From assembly GCA_001655205.1 (NCBI GenBank), contig LPNZ01007964.1:1-48753 (forward strand): a stretch of 48,753 nucleotides of DNA, written 5' to 3'. This document shows, piece by piece, positions 1-13,100 of the stretch. Position 1 is the stretch's first letter. Each line of letters begins with the position of its first letter. The notes under the pieces were generated by a model. It had not been told where the DNA came from, made no database searches, and worked only from the letters and a program-made list of their open reading frames with translations. Origin of the DNA: Lenisia limosa (Eukaryota; Protista; Breviatea). A program made the translations under genes and the position numbers.

Positions 1-166
1 TCTCTGTTTTTTTTTCATAAGTGAAGCATAGTTGTTTTCACTCAGGTTTTGTAAATAGGTTTTTTTGTAAAGTATTACATGCATGTTCGTTACCTTTTCC
101 ACTGCCAAGAAAGATCTATATTGTGTACATAACAATAACATAATGAGAAATTACAAATATGACAAA

Positions 167-2595
167 CTACATGCTTTTGTGGCTTGTTGGTAGTTTAACA
201 AGCTTCAAACCCGCTGTATGATCATTTGAGTGAGTGGAGCAGTCCTTGCTGTATTGAGACTTGGGGTTCGAAACCAAACTGAAGACGAGCACGTGAACAG
301 TTAATTGTGTTCGTTGACACAATCTATTCAATGAGACCATATTCACATTGAGAAAACGGTTTTTTAGAGTTATAGAAAAGCTGAGGATTGGGCGAGAAAC
401 TGAAACTGAAAGTAAAATGCAACAGGGTCCACGCCTATAAGTAGCATAGTATATATGCATATACAATAGTATACATAATATAGTATATATAATATATCAT
501 GACATACTATTATATATTTTTTATTACTAATATTAATTCACTCTATTGACCTTACAACTCTGTGCACACAGCTTTCTATATGCCTCCCCATCTTACCTAC
601 AAGGATTAGATTCATGAAGAACAAAAGCCTCTGTACACTAACCCAGGTAGGACCTCCTAAATCCGTGGAGCAAGATGGATGTAGGAGGTCCCAGAGAGTT
701 GGAATTGTAATATAGTAGGGAAATGATTGGTAGAAATAATAGATAGGAGAGCACCCAACATTTCGCGGTCGGGGGCGGACAACGATTTTGGGACGCACAC
801 CCAAGACAGATGAGGCGGTAGTCAGAAGCTCAACAGCTGTCATATCTTTACCACAGATGTTGGCAGTCTGAAGAAGGTGACAAACTCAAAGTTGTATATT
901 TTCTTGTGATTCTTCATGCAAACTATGTTGTGTTAAATAGCGATAATGAATCGTGCAAATACTTCCCAATATGTACAACTACCCAGAAACCCAACTCACA
1001 ATAGCCATGTTGGCGTCAAGGGCCGTGACAACTGCGTCTGCCGCGTCTCCAACAAATATCCATGATCGCTTCATCGAAATCAGCGGCACTGCCTGACTTT
1101 TAGACTAGAGGGTTAACTAATTTAGGCACAATAAAGAGCCACTTCTTACGAGAGCATCGAAAGGCTCCAAAACAACACTGGCCAGCGGCATTGAAGGTCC
1201 GTAAACCTCGGATATCCTTAAAACTACAACAATTATAACACTGTAACTAGCGATTCACTTCGTTTCGGTAAAATATCGATGGATATCCAGGATTTATAGA
1301 GAAATACAACCTTTAATTGAACAAAAATGAAACCCTAACTATAACGCTATCACCTTACCTGTAACTTTAGAGTTTGCAAACGGCTTGACAACTAACTCTG
1401 AAGTCGCAGCCATAACACCCAAATTTCTAACTTATCAGAAAATAGAGAAACTTACGACATGGGTTTTAAATCATCAAATTCCTTTCCTCCCTCTATTTCT
1501 CCGTAAACTTGAGATGATGAGATGAGCACCATTGGAATGTCAAAGAGCTGGACAGTCTTAAAGTGTTTTACAAAAATAACATGCATTACCTCAATAGAGG
1601 GTAAGACACATTTGATATAAGTATCCAATTTGGTAGTTTCTCCCGAAACTTTATCATAAAAAAACATAAATGGTAACACTTACTCGGTGGCACAACAACA
1701 ACATGTGTAATCCTTGCTGATCTTACAAGATTTGCAACTGATTCACTAGTACAATTCAGAGGTATAACCTAGGCTATGAGTGACTTTTGTTGGCGCTTCC
1801 TTTCTGAATTTTTTTCAAAAAGACAATTTGCTCTTTCCTATTTTCCTTTTTGTTTTAGCTCTTCAACATGAGCTCATAGATTCTAATCTAAGACAAAGCA
1901 ACGTCAACATGAAATTCGTTTATAACCCATTATATTCTGTTGCCTTTCATTTTTCTTCCTCCCTTAAAAATATCTCCACATACCTTCAGTCTTGGGCTTT
2001 GAAATCCACTGGAATTTGCCTAATGCATAACAGCATTCAATGCACATACCTCATAAGTTTCAAGCGTTGGTATAGAAAACACAAAGTCCCGCCTATTGAT
2101 AAGCTGATTCACCAGTTGTGTACCTAACAGACGTTAAACCAGCCAACACAGCCCAAACATTTGCCCCGCCCACCGATATAACACTTGCCCCGCCCACCGA
2201 TATACGTATCAGACCCAAACACGGCAACTCGCTTTGGCGGTCCGGGGTCAGGACGCGCTGGTGTTGGCCGATGGGCGTTGGTCAAATGACTAGCCAGGGA
2301 CATGAACTTGGAGGTGAAAGCAAAAAATAGAGGTGACGGGTAGTGGAAGTTTTTTAAGGCATTCTAATAATTTGGTTACACGTACATAGTCCCCAGACTG
2401 ATACATATTCTCCTTTCTCTTTCTACACTTTAATTCGAACATTTCGATAATACTCGAAGAAGAAAAGAGAAATGTGCCTACTTTGAGTAGAAACATGAAG
2501 ACAAATATTGATAAAAAGGCAGCCAAAATTATTGCGAGGGGCCGTTGCGACGGGGGTATCGTACCAAACCTGCAAACAACATGACAACCTATCAT
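167..2595 (-). CDS. Multi-exon NAD-dependent epimerase/dehydratase (extended SDR)-like protein with N-terminal transmembrane anchor; 5' and 3' ends uncertain
   Basis: Spliced translation gives a hydrophobic segment (PLAIILAAFLSIFVFMFLL), a Rossmann beta1 strand KRVAVFGSDTYIG|TQLVNQLI, then ITHVVV, MVLISSSQVYG, VLRISEVYGP, RSWIFVGDAADAVVTAL and TANICG. This is the order of extended-SDR motifs. Segments are bounded by GT-AG introns. Confidence 0.65.
2161..2204 (+). repeat. Perfect 20-bp direct repeat with 24-bp period that duplicates an exon end and 5' splice site
   Basis: ttgccccgcccaccgatata at 2161-2180 and 2185-2204. Confidence 0.95.
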
Positions 2596-2869
2596 ATCAT
2601 ACCTATTCAAAAATGAGTTGAAATTGAAAAGAAATCTTTGAACTCTCATTTTCAGATCTCACTCTAGCCAAACTACTATTCACTCAGCACTCAGTTCACC
2701 TAAAGATAGAAAAAAGGCGAAGTAAGCAACGGCGGCGGCGTTTCTCGTTTCCTTTTAGGTACCAGCCCCCTTTTCCTCTTTTCCCTCAAATCGAATTCCC
2801 AAGTTTCCGTTGTTCCCTTCTGTTTATTGTTGTCACCCATATTCCCGCATCATGACAGTCTGCGATAGA

Positions 2870-5800
2870 GATATGTGATCTACCCCTCTCCTTTATTCAT
2901 CGTTGATAACGTTTCCTGGGTCAAAAGAAGAATGCTTCAGGTTGGCTTTAAAAGTTTAATGCTTGATTTGTCATGGATATAACCACGCAACAACTCAACA
3001 CAAGGCTGTAACTGTAACTGCACCCAGATTGTACCGCCTCCCAAAGGACAGACTTGCTACCATCTAGCCAGTTCCTGTGTTTGAGGGTGAATAGAAGCAA
3101 ACTTTTTGCTATGAATTTATGAAACAGTGTTATGAAGAGGATTTATCTGAAATTTTAAAAATTGGAACAATTATAAATGTCACAAAATAGGGGAAGGTTC
3201 TTTTCCAGGGTTCATTTGATACTGGTAAAAATAGCCCAGTTGAGTCTTCTGACCAGTTATGGAAGTCTGCCGTAGGTATTCCTATGGTGGGGTTAATTTT
3301 TAGGTTTCATTTCCCCACTCTATTCTATGGATTTCTGGGAATTTGACAATAATACAACGGTATTGTTTTCATTGAAGTTCATTTTTAGCTCGATACTTGT
3401 TGTTTGTACGACCGAAGCGCTCTACTCGTTTGAGATTCTTGGCTGTTTGTTCTGCTTTCTTGAATAAGTTGACTTTTTAGATTTACAATGGAAACTGCTT
3501 GGTGTTACAAAACATGATGTGACAAGTCTTAGTTTGGTTGACGCGAGCAAGTGGGTCTCATGAATCCATTTTCATCCACAAGCGGTCTTCTTTTTCTGCA
3601 ATCCGCAACATCAAACCTCCTTTTTGACCCTTCATATGAAGCTTTGCCACGAGTAAGACTGTATCTGAGTTTTTACATTAAGCTCGCTGTGATCTCAAAT
3701 CTGACAATTGGTAAAGGGAAGGCAATCTGCTTTCCAGCCCCTATTGAGAAGGACCAATTTACTTTTTACACACAATTGTAGGGCCCTGTCCTTTTTTTTC
3801 ATTGTTTAGTGATGGTAAGGGAAATGTTGTGGTCTATACTCCTGGGGATCCTCAGGTTTGTTACATTACAAACTCATCCCTTAGATTCGAACATTGAACT
3901 ACCCAAAAAGCCTCAGCAACTTTTGTTCTATTAACTGTCTTCTCTTTGAAGCAACAGTTGGAGAGTCACATGTCACATGCCACAAGTGGGATCGCCTTAT
4001 TAATGAAGATGCTACACCCCATGGTATGTGAGAACCTTTGTAGTTCATGTTTTAGGATCGGTGGAAGTGAAAGAAATCGAATGCATCAGCCATATTCCGG
4101 GAAGTGATGTACTTTTATGTTGGTTCTGCTTCTAGTTTCTCTAACTTTTTCTTTTGCAGTAACTTCTTTTGATGGTAACTATCTTCTCCATATGGTAACA
4201 GGGCTCTTCGCAACAATGTAGAAATGTAGAGGAAAATAAGTATAAGCAAAAGTATCAGGTGAAACCGTAAACCATCATAATTTTGATTGGGTTATGAATT
4301 AAATCACCATCATTTGTTGTGCTACCCCCAAGTATTAAATGAACAATTTTTTTAATATATCCCTTTTACGCAATAGGAACCCTATGAGGACGGGGTAAAA
4401 CTCTTTTCGGTTTCCTCTGAGTTTTCATTTTTGAAAGTTCATGCAATGGGCAAAGTAAGACATAGCTTCCATGACATCCAGTTTGTTGTGTTTGATTTTG
4501 ATGATGAAAGTTTTCATTTAATTCGACTTGACAAAAGTGAACAAGTTGGTTGTTGCCATTTGAATATTGATTCCAGGTTTCTCTTGTGCGTGGTTTATTG
4601 CCCATTATTTCCAATGAAGTGAATAGCCTGACCCAATTCCCAGGTTTTAAGGTTCGCCTCTTTTTGACTCACTTTGCAGTATGCCATCCCTGCCCAACAC
4701 TTTATCACTCAAAACACTATTGCTTCATTCCCAGCTATCAGCCCACCTTCCTTATCAGCTACTGGGTTGGTGCTTTGAAATCTGATCCTTTTAGAACACT
4801 TCATCCCCCCACTTCTGTTTCCAATACCCTGACCAGCTCGGCTCCCTTTTCTGACGGAGCACTATGGGATCGCCTCTCCAAGTTGCCAAATCAGGAAAGA
4901 CTTGAATCTGCGGATACTCCTGTTGTAATTCGAAGGTAGTTCCTCCTCTGATTCACTGTTGTAGACCAAATGACTGCAGCCTGCTTTTTAAGTCGCAAGA
5001 CAAGACTAAAGAGTTACACCTATCTGTCAGCGTTTCAAACGTTTGTACCAGGTTAGCATTGTCATTTTTAGGGCACGACCCATGGAGTAATTTCCTTTTG
5101 CGGAACTTCACAAGTAAGAGCATGCCATTTTCAATGCACAATATTGTTAAGTTTAACAGTCGCAGAGTGAACAAACTGTTGATGTGTTCAATGTTAAGTC
5201 TTCCTGTTTAATTCGGGATGCCTTGAGTATGTGAAACTCCCGTCTTCTAATACTGTAGCCCCATGCCTTGCCATTTTTGGGCAGTTGACCAACACTTCAC
5301 CGGTCTGTTTGTTCATAGCCACTGTCGTTCGAGAACAAATTTTAATAGTAAGGAAAGCCGTTATGGTAATATTGTAGGATGAAACCCCAGTCAAGCCTCT
5401 CTCTCCTTCATCATTGTGCCACTCAATCTGTGCTCAAAATTTTTCAGGTCTAAAATTCGAAGACTTCCTTCAACACGGCGACCACAATGGTGAAGAGTCT
5501 GAGGACTTTTTCTCTGCCACATCGTCCGTAGACTCATCTGGTTCTTCGGATTTTGAGTTTAGTGATGAAGATGACGTGGAGTTGTCCGGTGATGATTCAC
5601 AGTTTATCTTTAATGGTGCAGTGTTTGCCGTATCTTCTGATACCACTATCCAAGGCAGGGGAAGTCAAGGTTTCGCTTACGTTGTAGTCTTCACCTTCCC
5701 GGATGTTCGTGTTGTGAAATCCCTTTCCTTTGACAGCCCAATTCAATCGGTAAAAGCCTTTTGATTCTCATTAAACAGATGGAGCTTCTGCTGCTTCATA

Positions 5801-7866
5801 ATGAGCTTTACATATTGGCCCAAGACTTTGTTGGTCAACTAAATGTTGTGAAAGTGTTCAACGGAACGCTTCAGGTGTTGCCTAAACCATGCAGTCACGC
5901 TGTGTCCTTTGGCGCAGTAAATCTGAAGGATGGACTAAAGTGGGCTGCCATTCCTGAATTCACTGTTTAGACTGGCTAGGTGTTTACATTCGAGCCCAAT
6001 AGTCGCATTGATATGCAATGGTTCTCTTTTTGCCTTGTCAATGAAGGTTTGAGCTTCTACTGTAATATCAATTCAGGGTTCGGTTTTTGAAGTAGTCCCC
6101 ATATTTTGCAATACCATTTCAGCAGTTCTGTCCAATTCTGGTTTGATTATTTGTTTATAACATCCAGGCGATAAATTGGAACTTGTTTGTTTAGAAGACA
6201 ATTTGACACTAACACGCGTTGGTGTCACTCCTCTCTTATCAATTCGCTCGGGCTATATATCTCTATTCAATGAAACGTTGGGAAATTACTGGTTTTTTTA
6301 ATAATGCATACAGTAGAAAAGATCAAGCTGTCATATTAGACAAGGTTCCTCTCTCTGTTGGACCTTCAGTAGGATGCTTATTGCCATGACAATTTAGTAT
6401 GGAAATGTTACTCAAATAACAATGCAACCAGATATGAGGCTGTAAGTTCGAGAAATCTGACGATTCAGAAAACTTCACGTTTGCTCATGCTCATTATTCA
6501 ATGGAGTTCTGTTTCTTGATGGACAAAACCCAAAAGAACTATTTTTCACTGACAACAAGCAGTCGTATAGTGTCATTTCTTTCCACAAATGGTATTGAAT
6601 TTTAAGGTAACAACAATCTAGCCCGTCCTCTGTTTTCTCTGACGACACTCTTGTCTTCATCCGATTTATGAACTACATCGACGTATTTCGAGCAGAGTAA
6701 GTTGTTTATTTGTAATAGACAATGTCAAACAGTCTTCTCTTTGACATACATTTCGACAATCCTGGAGGCTGACACAAGTACTTGCTGCTTTGCAGCGCTA
6801 CCCAACTCAAATGGACTGATTCAACTTGCAATCAAAGACCAAATGGTTCAAGCAACAAAAATGCTGGCCGAGCCAATGAGCATCGTTTGTTTACAAGAGT
6901 TTGATTGCTGTAGAAGTTGTTCCCTTACCTTTCCTTTGTAATTTGTGATACTTCTGAATTTGAATCACCTGCTCTGAGAAGATGCAGGGTTTGTTGCCCT
7001 CAATCATCAAAGGTATGTATGTGTCTTGGCGTCTTATGCTGTAGCTGTGTTTTGTCTTGACTTCGGAAAACCTCCCACCTGTCCATTTGCCAGTTGATGT
7101 GTCGTAAACGGCATTGGTGTACTTTCCCAACCATTGAACGCTTCAATAAACATAGTTTTCTGCTTTTGTAGTGTTTATGGTTTATGGTAAAAGGCTTTTT
7201 GGGGGGGTGAAATGAATCATTGTATCGCATTTTACTTCATTTCAAACGTGTCTCTATTGATCCATCCTGGAGTATCACGGTAGTAGAGACCCATGATATG
7301 GCAGTATTCTACCCATAATAATTGACTGAAAAGTCTCAGCAGCCTCGTCTCAGCAACTCAGTTCAGCGATAAACTGAAGAAGACTCGACGCATAATATAT
7401 CATACCATGATCAAGCAGAGGGCAGGGCTAAGATTCCACCCCGGGCCGCGATCGATTTTTTTTTATTTTTTTTTTTCATTTTTTCATTTTTTCCAGTCGT
7501 TCAATTATAATTTTATAAATTGCTTTTTTGTCAACAAACTAACTAGACTAACTAATGTGTATCTGATGCAGCGAGCACCGAAGAAGAGGCGCNNNNNNNN
7601 NNNNNNNNNNNNNNNNNNNNNNNNNNNNNNNNNNNNNNNNNNNNNNNNNNNNNNNNNNNNNNNNNNNNNNNNNNNNNNNNNNNNNNNNNNTTCAATTCTG
7701 TCATGCACCAGAGCTGAATGAAGTGTTATTTTCTGATATGCTTCAAGGTGAATCTGTGTTTTCCAAGTATATTGGGGCGTTTCAATCTGCAATAGCTGCG
7801 CTTGTACCGGATAAAGTAAGAGGTGGATTGTCGGAACTCAATTTCGATATTTATTGGATAAATTGA
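2870..7866 (+). CDS. Large uncharacterised multi-exon protein, beta-strand-rich (possibly propeller-like); ends uncertain and may be more than one gene
   Basis: Chain of open exons between GT/AG sites, e.g. SILVVCTTEALYSFEILG, DGKGNVVVYTPGDPQ, FVVFDFDDESFHLIRLDK, SGCLEYVKLPSSNTVAPCLAIFG, an acidic patch at 5480-5600, and FCHAPELNEVLFSDMLQGESVFSKYIG after the 7593-7690 gap. No family motif recognised. Confidence 0.4.
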
Positions 7867-8058
7867 AATGTGTTGTTCTTGTAGCTTTGTTTTTATTTTA
7901 AGGTAAAACTTATTGTTTCAGACTGCTTTTTCAGGGGGGAAAGAAGAAAACGGAGAAAACAGCAGAAAGGAAGAAAACAAAGAGAAGGTTGGTGTTTGTT
8001 CGAAAAGTTAGCGCAGATGATGAAATGATAACTGTTGATTGTAGATAATTCCTTAGTA

Positions 8059-9599
8059 ATGGCAGCCTCAATCACCCTCCTTCCACACATTGGAGTGGCG
8101 AATATTTACTGCCCTGAGCAATGGGTAAATGATGCAGTAGTGGAGGTCAAATTCCTTTCTTCAAATCAGGTTAGACTATGAAGGCCATTTGTCTCTCTTT
8201 TTTTGTTTTCTATGACTCTTTAGATTCAGGTGATATGTGGAGTGAAGTTCTTGAACGTATTTATTGGAGGTGGGAGAGAATTGTGACAGAATCAAATACA
8301 AACAGCAGAAAAAAGGATGATTGAGACATAATCCTTCAGATACGCCATACTCATTTGCAGTTGACGGCAGTGAAGCGTATTCACCTCCGAGCCTCACCAA
8401 CAATGTCCTTCGGATGTCTTTGGATGTCCAAAGCTGTGACATCATCCCCGAGGCTGCAAGGCTTGTTATTGACCCACGGGACTTTGACAGAGCCAAAACT
8501 TCAGTCTTGAGGTGCCGACAGTGCAGCACTCATCTCACGTCCGAGCCTTTTGAAGAGATTTCTGGAGAACCCTCGGCTTTATGGGCTGACCTTGCGGACC
8601 TCTGGATATGTTGGAGGGTTATAGAAGCATATGAAGAATTGGCGAGACCCACTTAGCTTTGAAGAGAATAGTTAAAAATTATGAAAAGAATAAAATGGTT
8701 ATATCCCCCAGGTGGGCATATTGGGCAAGAAGCTTGCCATGCAGGTGCTGACGTCACCAAACCTGTGCATCCCGCCCCCGGCAGACTACTTGTTGGTGAA
8801 AGTACTTTAAGGTATGACCTATTCTATGATAAATTTGGAGTTTGGTGTGACTTTCAGATTTCGGAGTGAATTGCTTGTACAATCTTCCGTGAAGGATGAT
8901 ATAGAAGCGGGTGTCATTCGATGCTCGCAGTGTGACACTGCCATTGGGCCATTGTTGAGCAGAGGTGACGTGTACAATGAGGGCAGAACTGAAGTCGAAC
9001 TTTGGGCTTTCCGGATTATACAACCGGGGCGGGACACTGCGAACCTTCTTGAGTCATCAAGCCTTGGCCAAGCTATTGCCTCTGATGCAGTCAGTGTGTG
9101 GGCACGACAAGGTCAACAATGGTGGGGCACGTGACTTTTCTTGTGGCGGATATCTGTTCTTGTCCGTGTTCCTGATTGTTGCAGGTGGGCAATTACCGAT
9201 AACATTTCGGCGGAAGTATCACGTGAGTCACTATCTTCAAAGTTCACTGGCGTGTCTCTGGGAGTCGTTTATCAAGATGATGCTAAAGTTAATGGTATGA
9301 TGTTTTCAATTACTTTTGAGGCTACTGAGGAGAAGTGTACTGTATGGGATAATATATAATGCACATAGTCAATGCTTTATCATATTGTTTATTTGCGTAT
9401 TATCATTTGTCACAGAATGAGATACATATGTATGTTTGACTTTTTCCAAGACGAGTCTTCGATATCGCTCTTTCCAAAGAGGTTCCTCAGATTTGCCGAG
9501 ACCGCTGCACCTTTACCCGAAGGCCCTCGCCCGCTGGAGGAATTGGACAGTGATGATGACTTCGAAGAGATTCAACAGAGAAGTGGGAACTTCCCTTGA
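8059..9599 (+). CDS. UBE3D: UBE3D-like (HECT_2 / E2-binding) ubiquitin ligase
   Basis: LRCRQCSTHL...PSALWADLADLWIC|GH matches the CxxC...PSxxWxxLxxxWxCH motif of UBE3D. A second CxxC follows (IRCSQCDTAIG...VELWAFRI). ATG at 8059, last exon ends ...GNFP* at 9599. Confidence 0.75.
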
Positions 9600-10105
9600 C
9601 CATTGTTTTACATATTTCCGCTCTAGCGTATTTAGCCTACTAATAACGATAAACACATCCCGCTTCATTTAACTTGTCTTCAGAAGCAGCTGAAAAGGGG
9701 ACCAAATCAACATGTTGTCATGGTGCGTGGGGTTGGATACATTCCTGATGAGATATATTTGATTGAGTAGGTGCTTCGAAGTCAAACGTAACAACTGTCG
9801 CCGTTTTAGCCATCCATGATGCTTTGGTTGACGAAGCCATTCAGGTATTAACAAAGGCAAAGGAATCTGGCTTCCTCCCACTTTCATAGGTTGTCCCTGG
9901 TACTATGGTGTTGATGCTAATATTTATTCTGATTTAAGATTTAACTGTTTTTTGGAAGCCACGAAGTATTGTACAACATAAATAATAATAAAGAAACCCA
10001 ACTAAAGGTCCCTAAATATTTCGCCATTACAGAGCTTCAAAATAGCCTGAGCCTTGAGAATGAGAAATGACAGCACCACACCTTGGAAGGTACCATGATA
10101 GACCT

Positions 10106-13100
10106 TTACATATCTCTTTCGCCTCGGCAGATTGAACAGCCAAAACAGAATTCGTTTCCATTTGGGGGGTGAACTGTGTTACATGAGCATTTAGGTAGTT
10201 CGTTGTGAGGTCTGAAAGGACATTAAAATGAATCTAGAACGTACTTTCGTGCAATTCTTGGAGCAATTTTATGGCATTCGTCACAAAAGTGTGTTGTTCC
10301 CTGAAGTCATCAGAGAATTCTGATGGTGTTCCAAGGCAACCCACTCACCCAGCAGTACCACACAGCAACTTTGCAACAAAATCGACATTTGTATTGACTA
10401 AATTGTCATATTGGACAAAAAAAAAAAGGCACCTTCCTTACATAAAATCAGTTCCATGCTTTTTGCATCCTTTAGTTTGCCCACTACAGGAGGGGCACAC
10501 AAGGTCCTCTCGCTTGATATTGGATTCCTACAACCGCATTAGCACTTAGCAGAACTTTCATACCTCAACATCGACAGCGCCACAAGCTCGAAGCCCTCCA
10601 AAGTACGGCGTCTACGGGATAAGTAACTGTAACTGATCTGTGTCTCATGTTTCAAGACCCACATTGCACTTGAAGCAAAGATAGTAATTGAAGACAGAAA
10701 GGGCAAATTGAAGGGGGGTCATGTCCTTCTTCTTTGCTTCGTCCTCTCTAGAAACGGAATAAAGTCCAGAAAATATGACCGAACCCACATACACATCAGT
10801 AAAACAGTCTACCATATCAAACAAATAACACATTATTGCTGTGTCAAATACCCACCAACCTTTGTTCGTATTTGAGTCTACGAACAGCCCGATCCTAAAG
10901 CAGTTAATGCGACAGGACGTTGTTGGTCAAACACACGTGATAGTCCTTTTCAAGCTGCAAGTCCTTTGTGATGTACTTGGTTAATCTGTCGTGGTCCATT
11001 CGCGTACTGCAAAGAGGGCAGTTCAAGAAGTTGAAGCCTGTACGAGTGACCAGAGTTTTAAAAATATTTCAAAATATGATAATTGAAAAAGGCACATGAT
11101 AATGATTCAATACAGAGGGAAATGAATCCACAAACTCATGCGAGAAGTCGGCCATCGAGCTTTGACTTTGTCTTTGATGCACTGCCAATGAATAACATGT
11201 CCACATTTGAGCTGAATACTGGGTTCATCTGATAAGCTGGACACACTACAATGTGTCAAGATTTGATTGCGTGTATATAGTATAGGTATCAGCCATCACA
11301 GACAACAACGTGAATGCACAAACAGCTCACAAGCAAATGTTGCAAAAATCTTCAGCATTTGTAGGCATCTTTCCTGAGGGGGGGTTGCAGACCTACATAT
11401 AGTATATATATATAAAAAAAAAGTTAGACAATCGAAATGCACGGTATCAAGCCTCCCCTCCTACGGCCTCGTTGAATTCGACACAATCTTCCCGGAGACA
11501 GCCGATATGATCCTTTTCATGAGCAATACCGCAGCACCAATGTCCACATGGCAGCTTCGATGCACAACATGACTTATACAGGGTGTGGCATTCAGTGGAG
11601 TCGCAAACCTCCTGCCTATATCCTCTTGCACTAAAAAAATTATCATTAATACTCAGTTCTGTTGTTCATTATCTCATGGGACTCACTTTGGAAGAACAGC
11701 TGACTGACAAAAACGACATTGTTTCCCCTCAAGACGGAACTTCTCCTCATCACATGTGCGGTTCTCGTGATAAGGGTGCGCCTGTTTCAATTAAAAGAGG
11801 AAAACTCAACTCACCTCACAAGACATGCAAAACTCGGAATTACACTGCGGACATCTAAATTGTCAAAAGAAACTTGAGACGTGCTACAACACGAAACAAA
11901 AGGCCATCCCTTGAAGCCCAACCTGGCATGGTATGTGGCATAGTGTTTTCGAGACTCTTCACTCATCTGCTGACCTTTGGACTGGAAACAATAAGACAGC
12001 AAATTCCTTATCAACATGACAGTATGATGCTAATGATTGTTGTTGTAAAATAGGAACAATATCATTACGAAAAGCTCATCTGTATATTTGAACAAATCAG
12101 CATATTTGCAGCCTCGGATGAACAAAAAAGAATGGTTCATCCAAATCAATTAATATGAGAAATGATGATTTAATAGCCAACAGCCCACGTCTTTCTGAGG
12201 AGCGGAATCTAGTTTGCCGTCTCCAAGCTGCATAGAAAACATGGTCTTGCAGGAAGGGCATTCCTTAGCCTTCAACGTTAAACAAGCACCATGCAGGACT
12301 CACATCTACGTCTGAAAGGAAGCGCTTGAGGACCGCCTTCTCCCATCTCGCAAACGCTTTCGGCGTCAACAGAATCTAGAATTGTGTCATTGTGAATGGA
12401 ACAGCCAACTCCATTATTTTGTGAGGAAAATAAATGAATTTTGAAATTAATAGGTCTCTCCCATACGTGGAAATGTGAAATATAACAAGGGAATAAATGA
12501 CCTTAGCCATCTAGGGTAGTCATTCATACATGAATTACATGTATATACTATATGATATAGTTTTTTTGGCCTTGACCCCATGAAGGTATATGATATTATA
12601 TGATATATTATGATATACTATATATTTTCAAAGTTTGGGGTCTGTATTCAAACGTTTCTTTGTATTTTCGATATAATTTTCCATAACCAATGAGAAATCA
12701 GTAATATTACGAATTTCTGAGAGTTTAACAACTTTAATCGGTGAACTCTCATTTACATCAGAATTACAATCTAAAATATATATTCAACATCTTACCCGCT
12801 GACCCCATGTGTGTATATATTGTANNNNNNNNNNNNNNNNNNNNNNNNNNNNNNNNNNNNNNNNNNNNNNNNNNNNNNNNNNNNNNNNNNNNNNNNNNNN
12901 NNNNNNNNNNNNNNNNACATCACATTATAAGAGCTATTTCATAGTACTTATTATCTGCACAGTAATAGGAAATCAAAAACAAGGAGCTTACACTGAAATC
13001 AGACTCCAACAACTGCATGCCACACTCCTTCTTGGTTTTGGGGTCGATGAATGGGCAGGTTGGGATGTCATGGCCTATGGATTTCTTAGCTCGCATACCC

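Noticed and set aside
7407-7792. ORFs read through N-gaps (also at 12.8, 22.9, 25.0, 26.2, 27.0, 28.1, 38.7, 39.5 and 42.5 kb)
   Set aside because: Gap lengths are estimates, so frame continuity across X-runs is not evidence.
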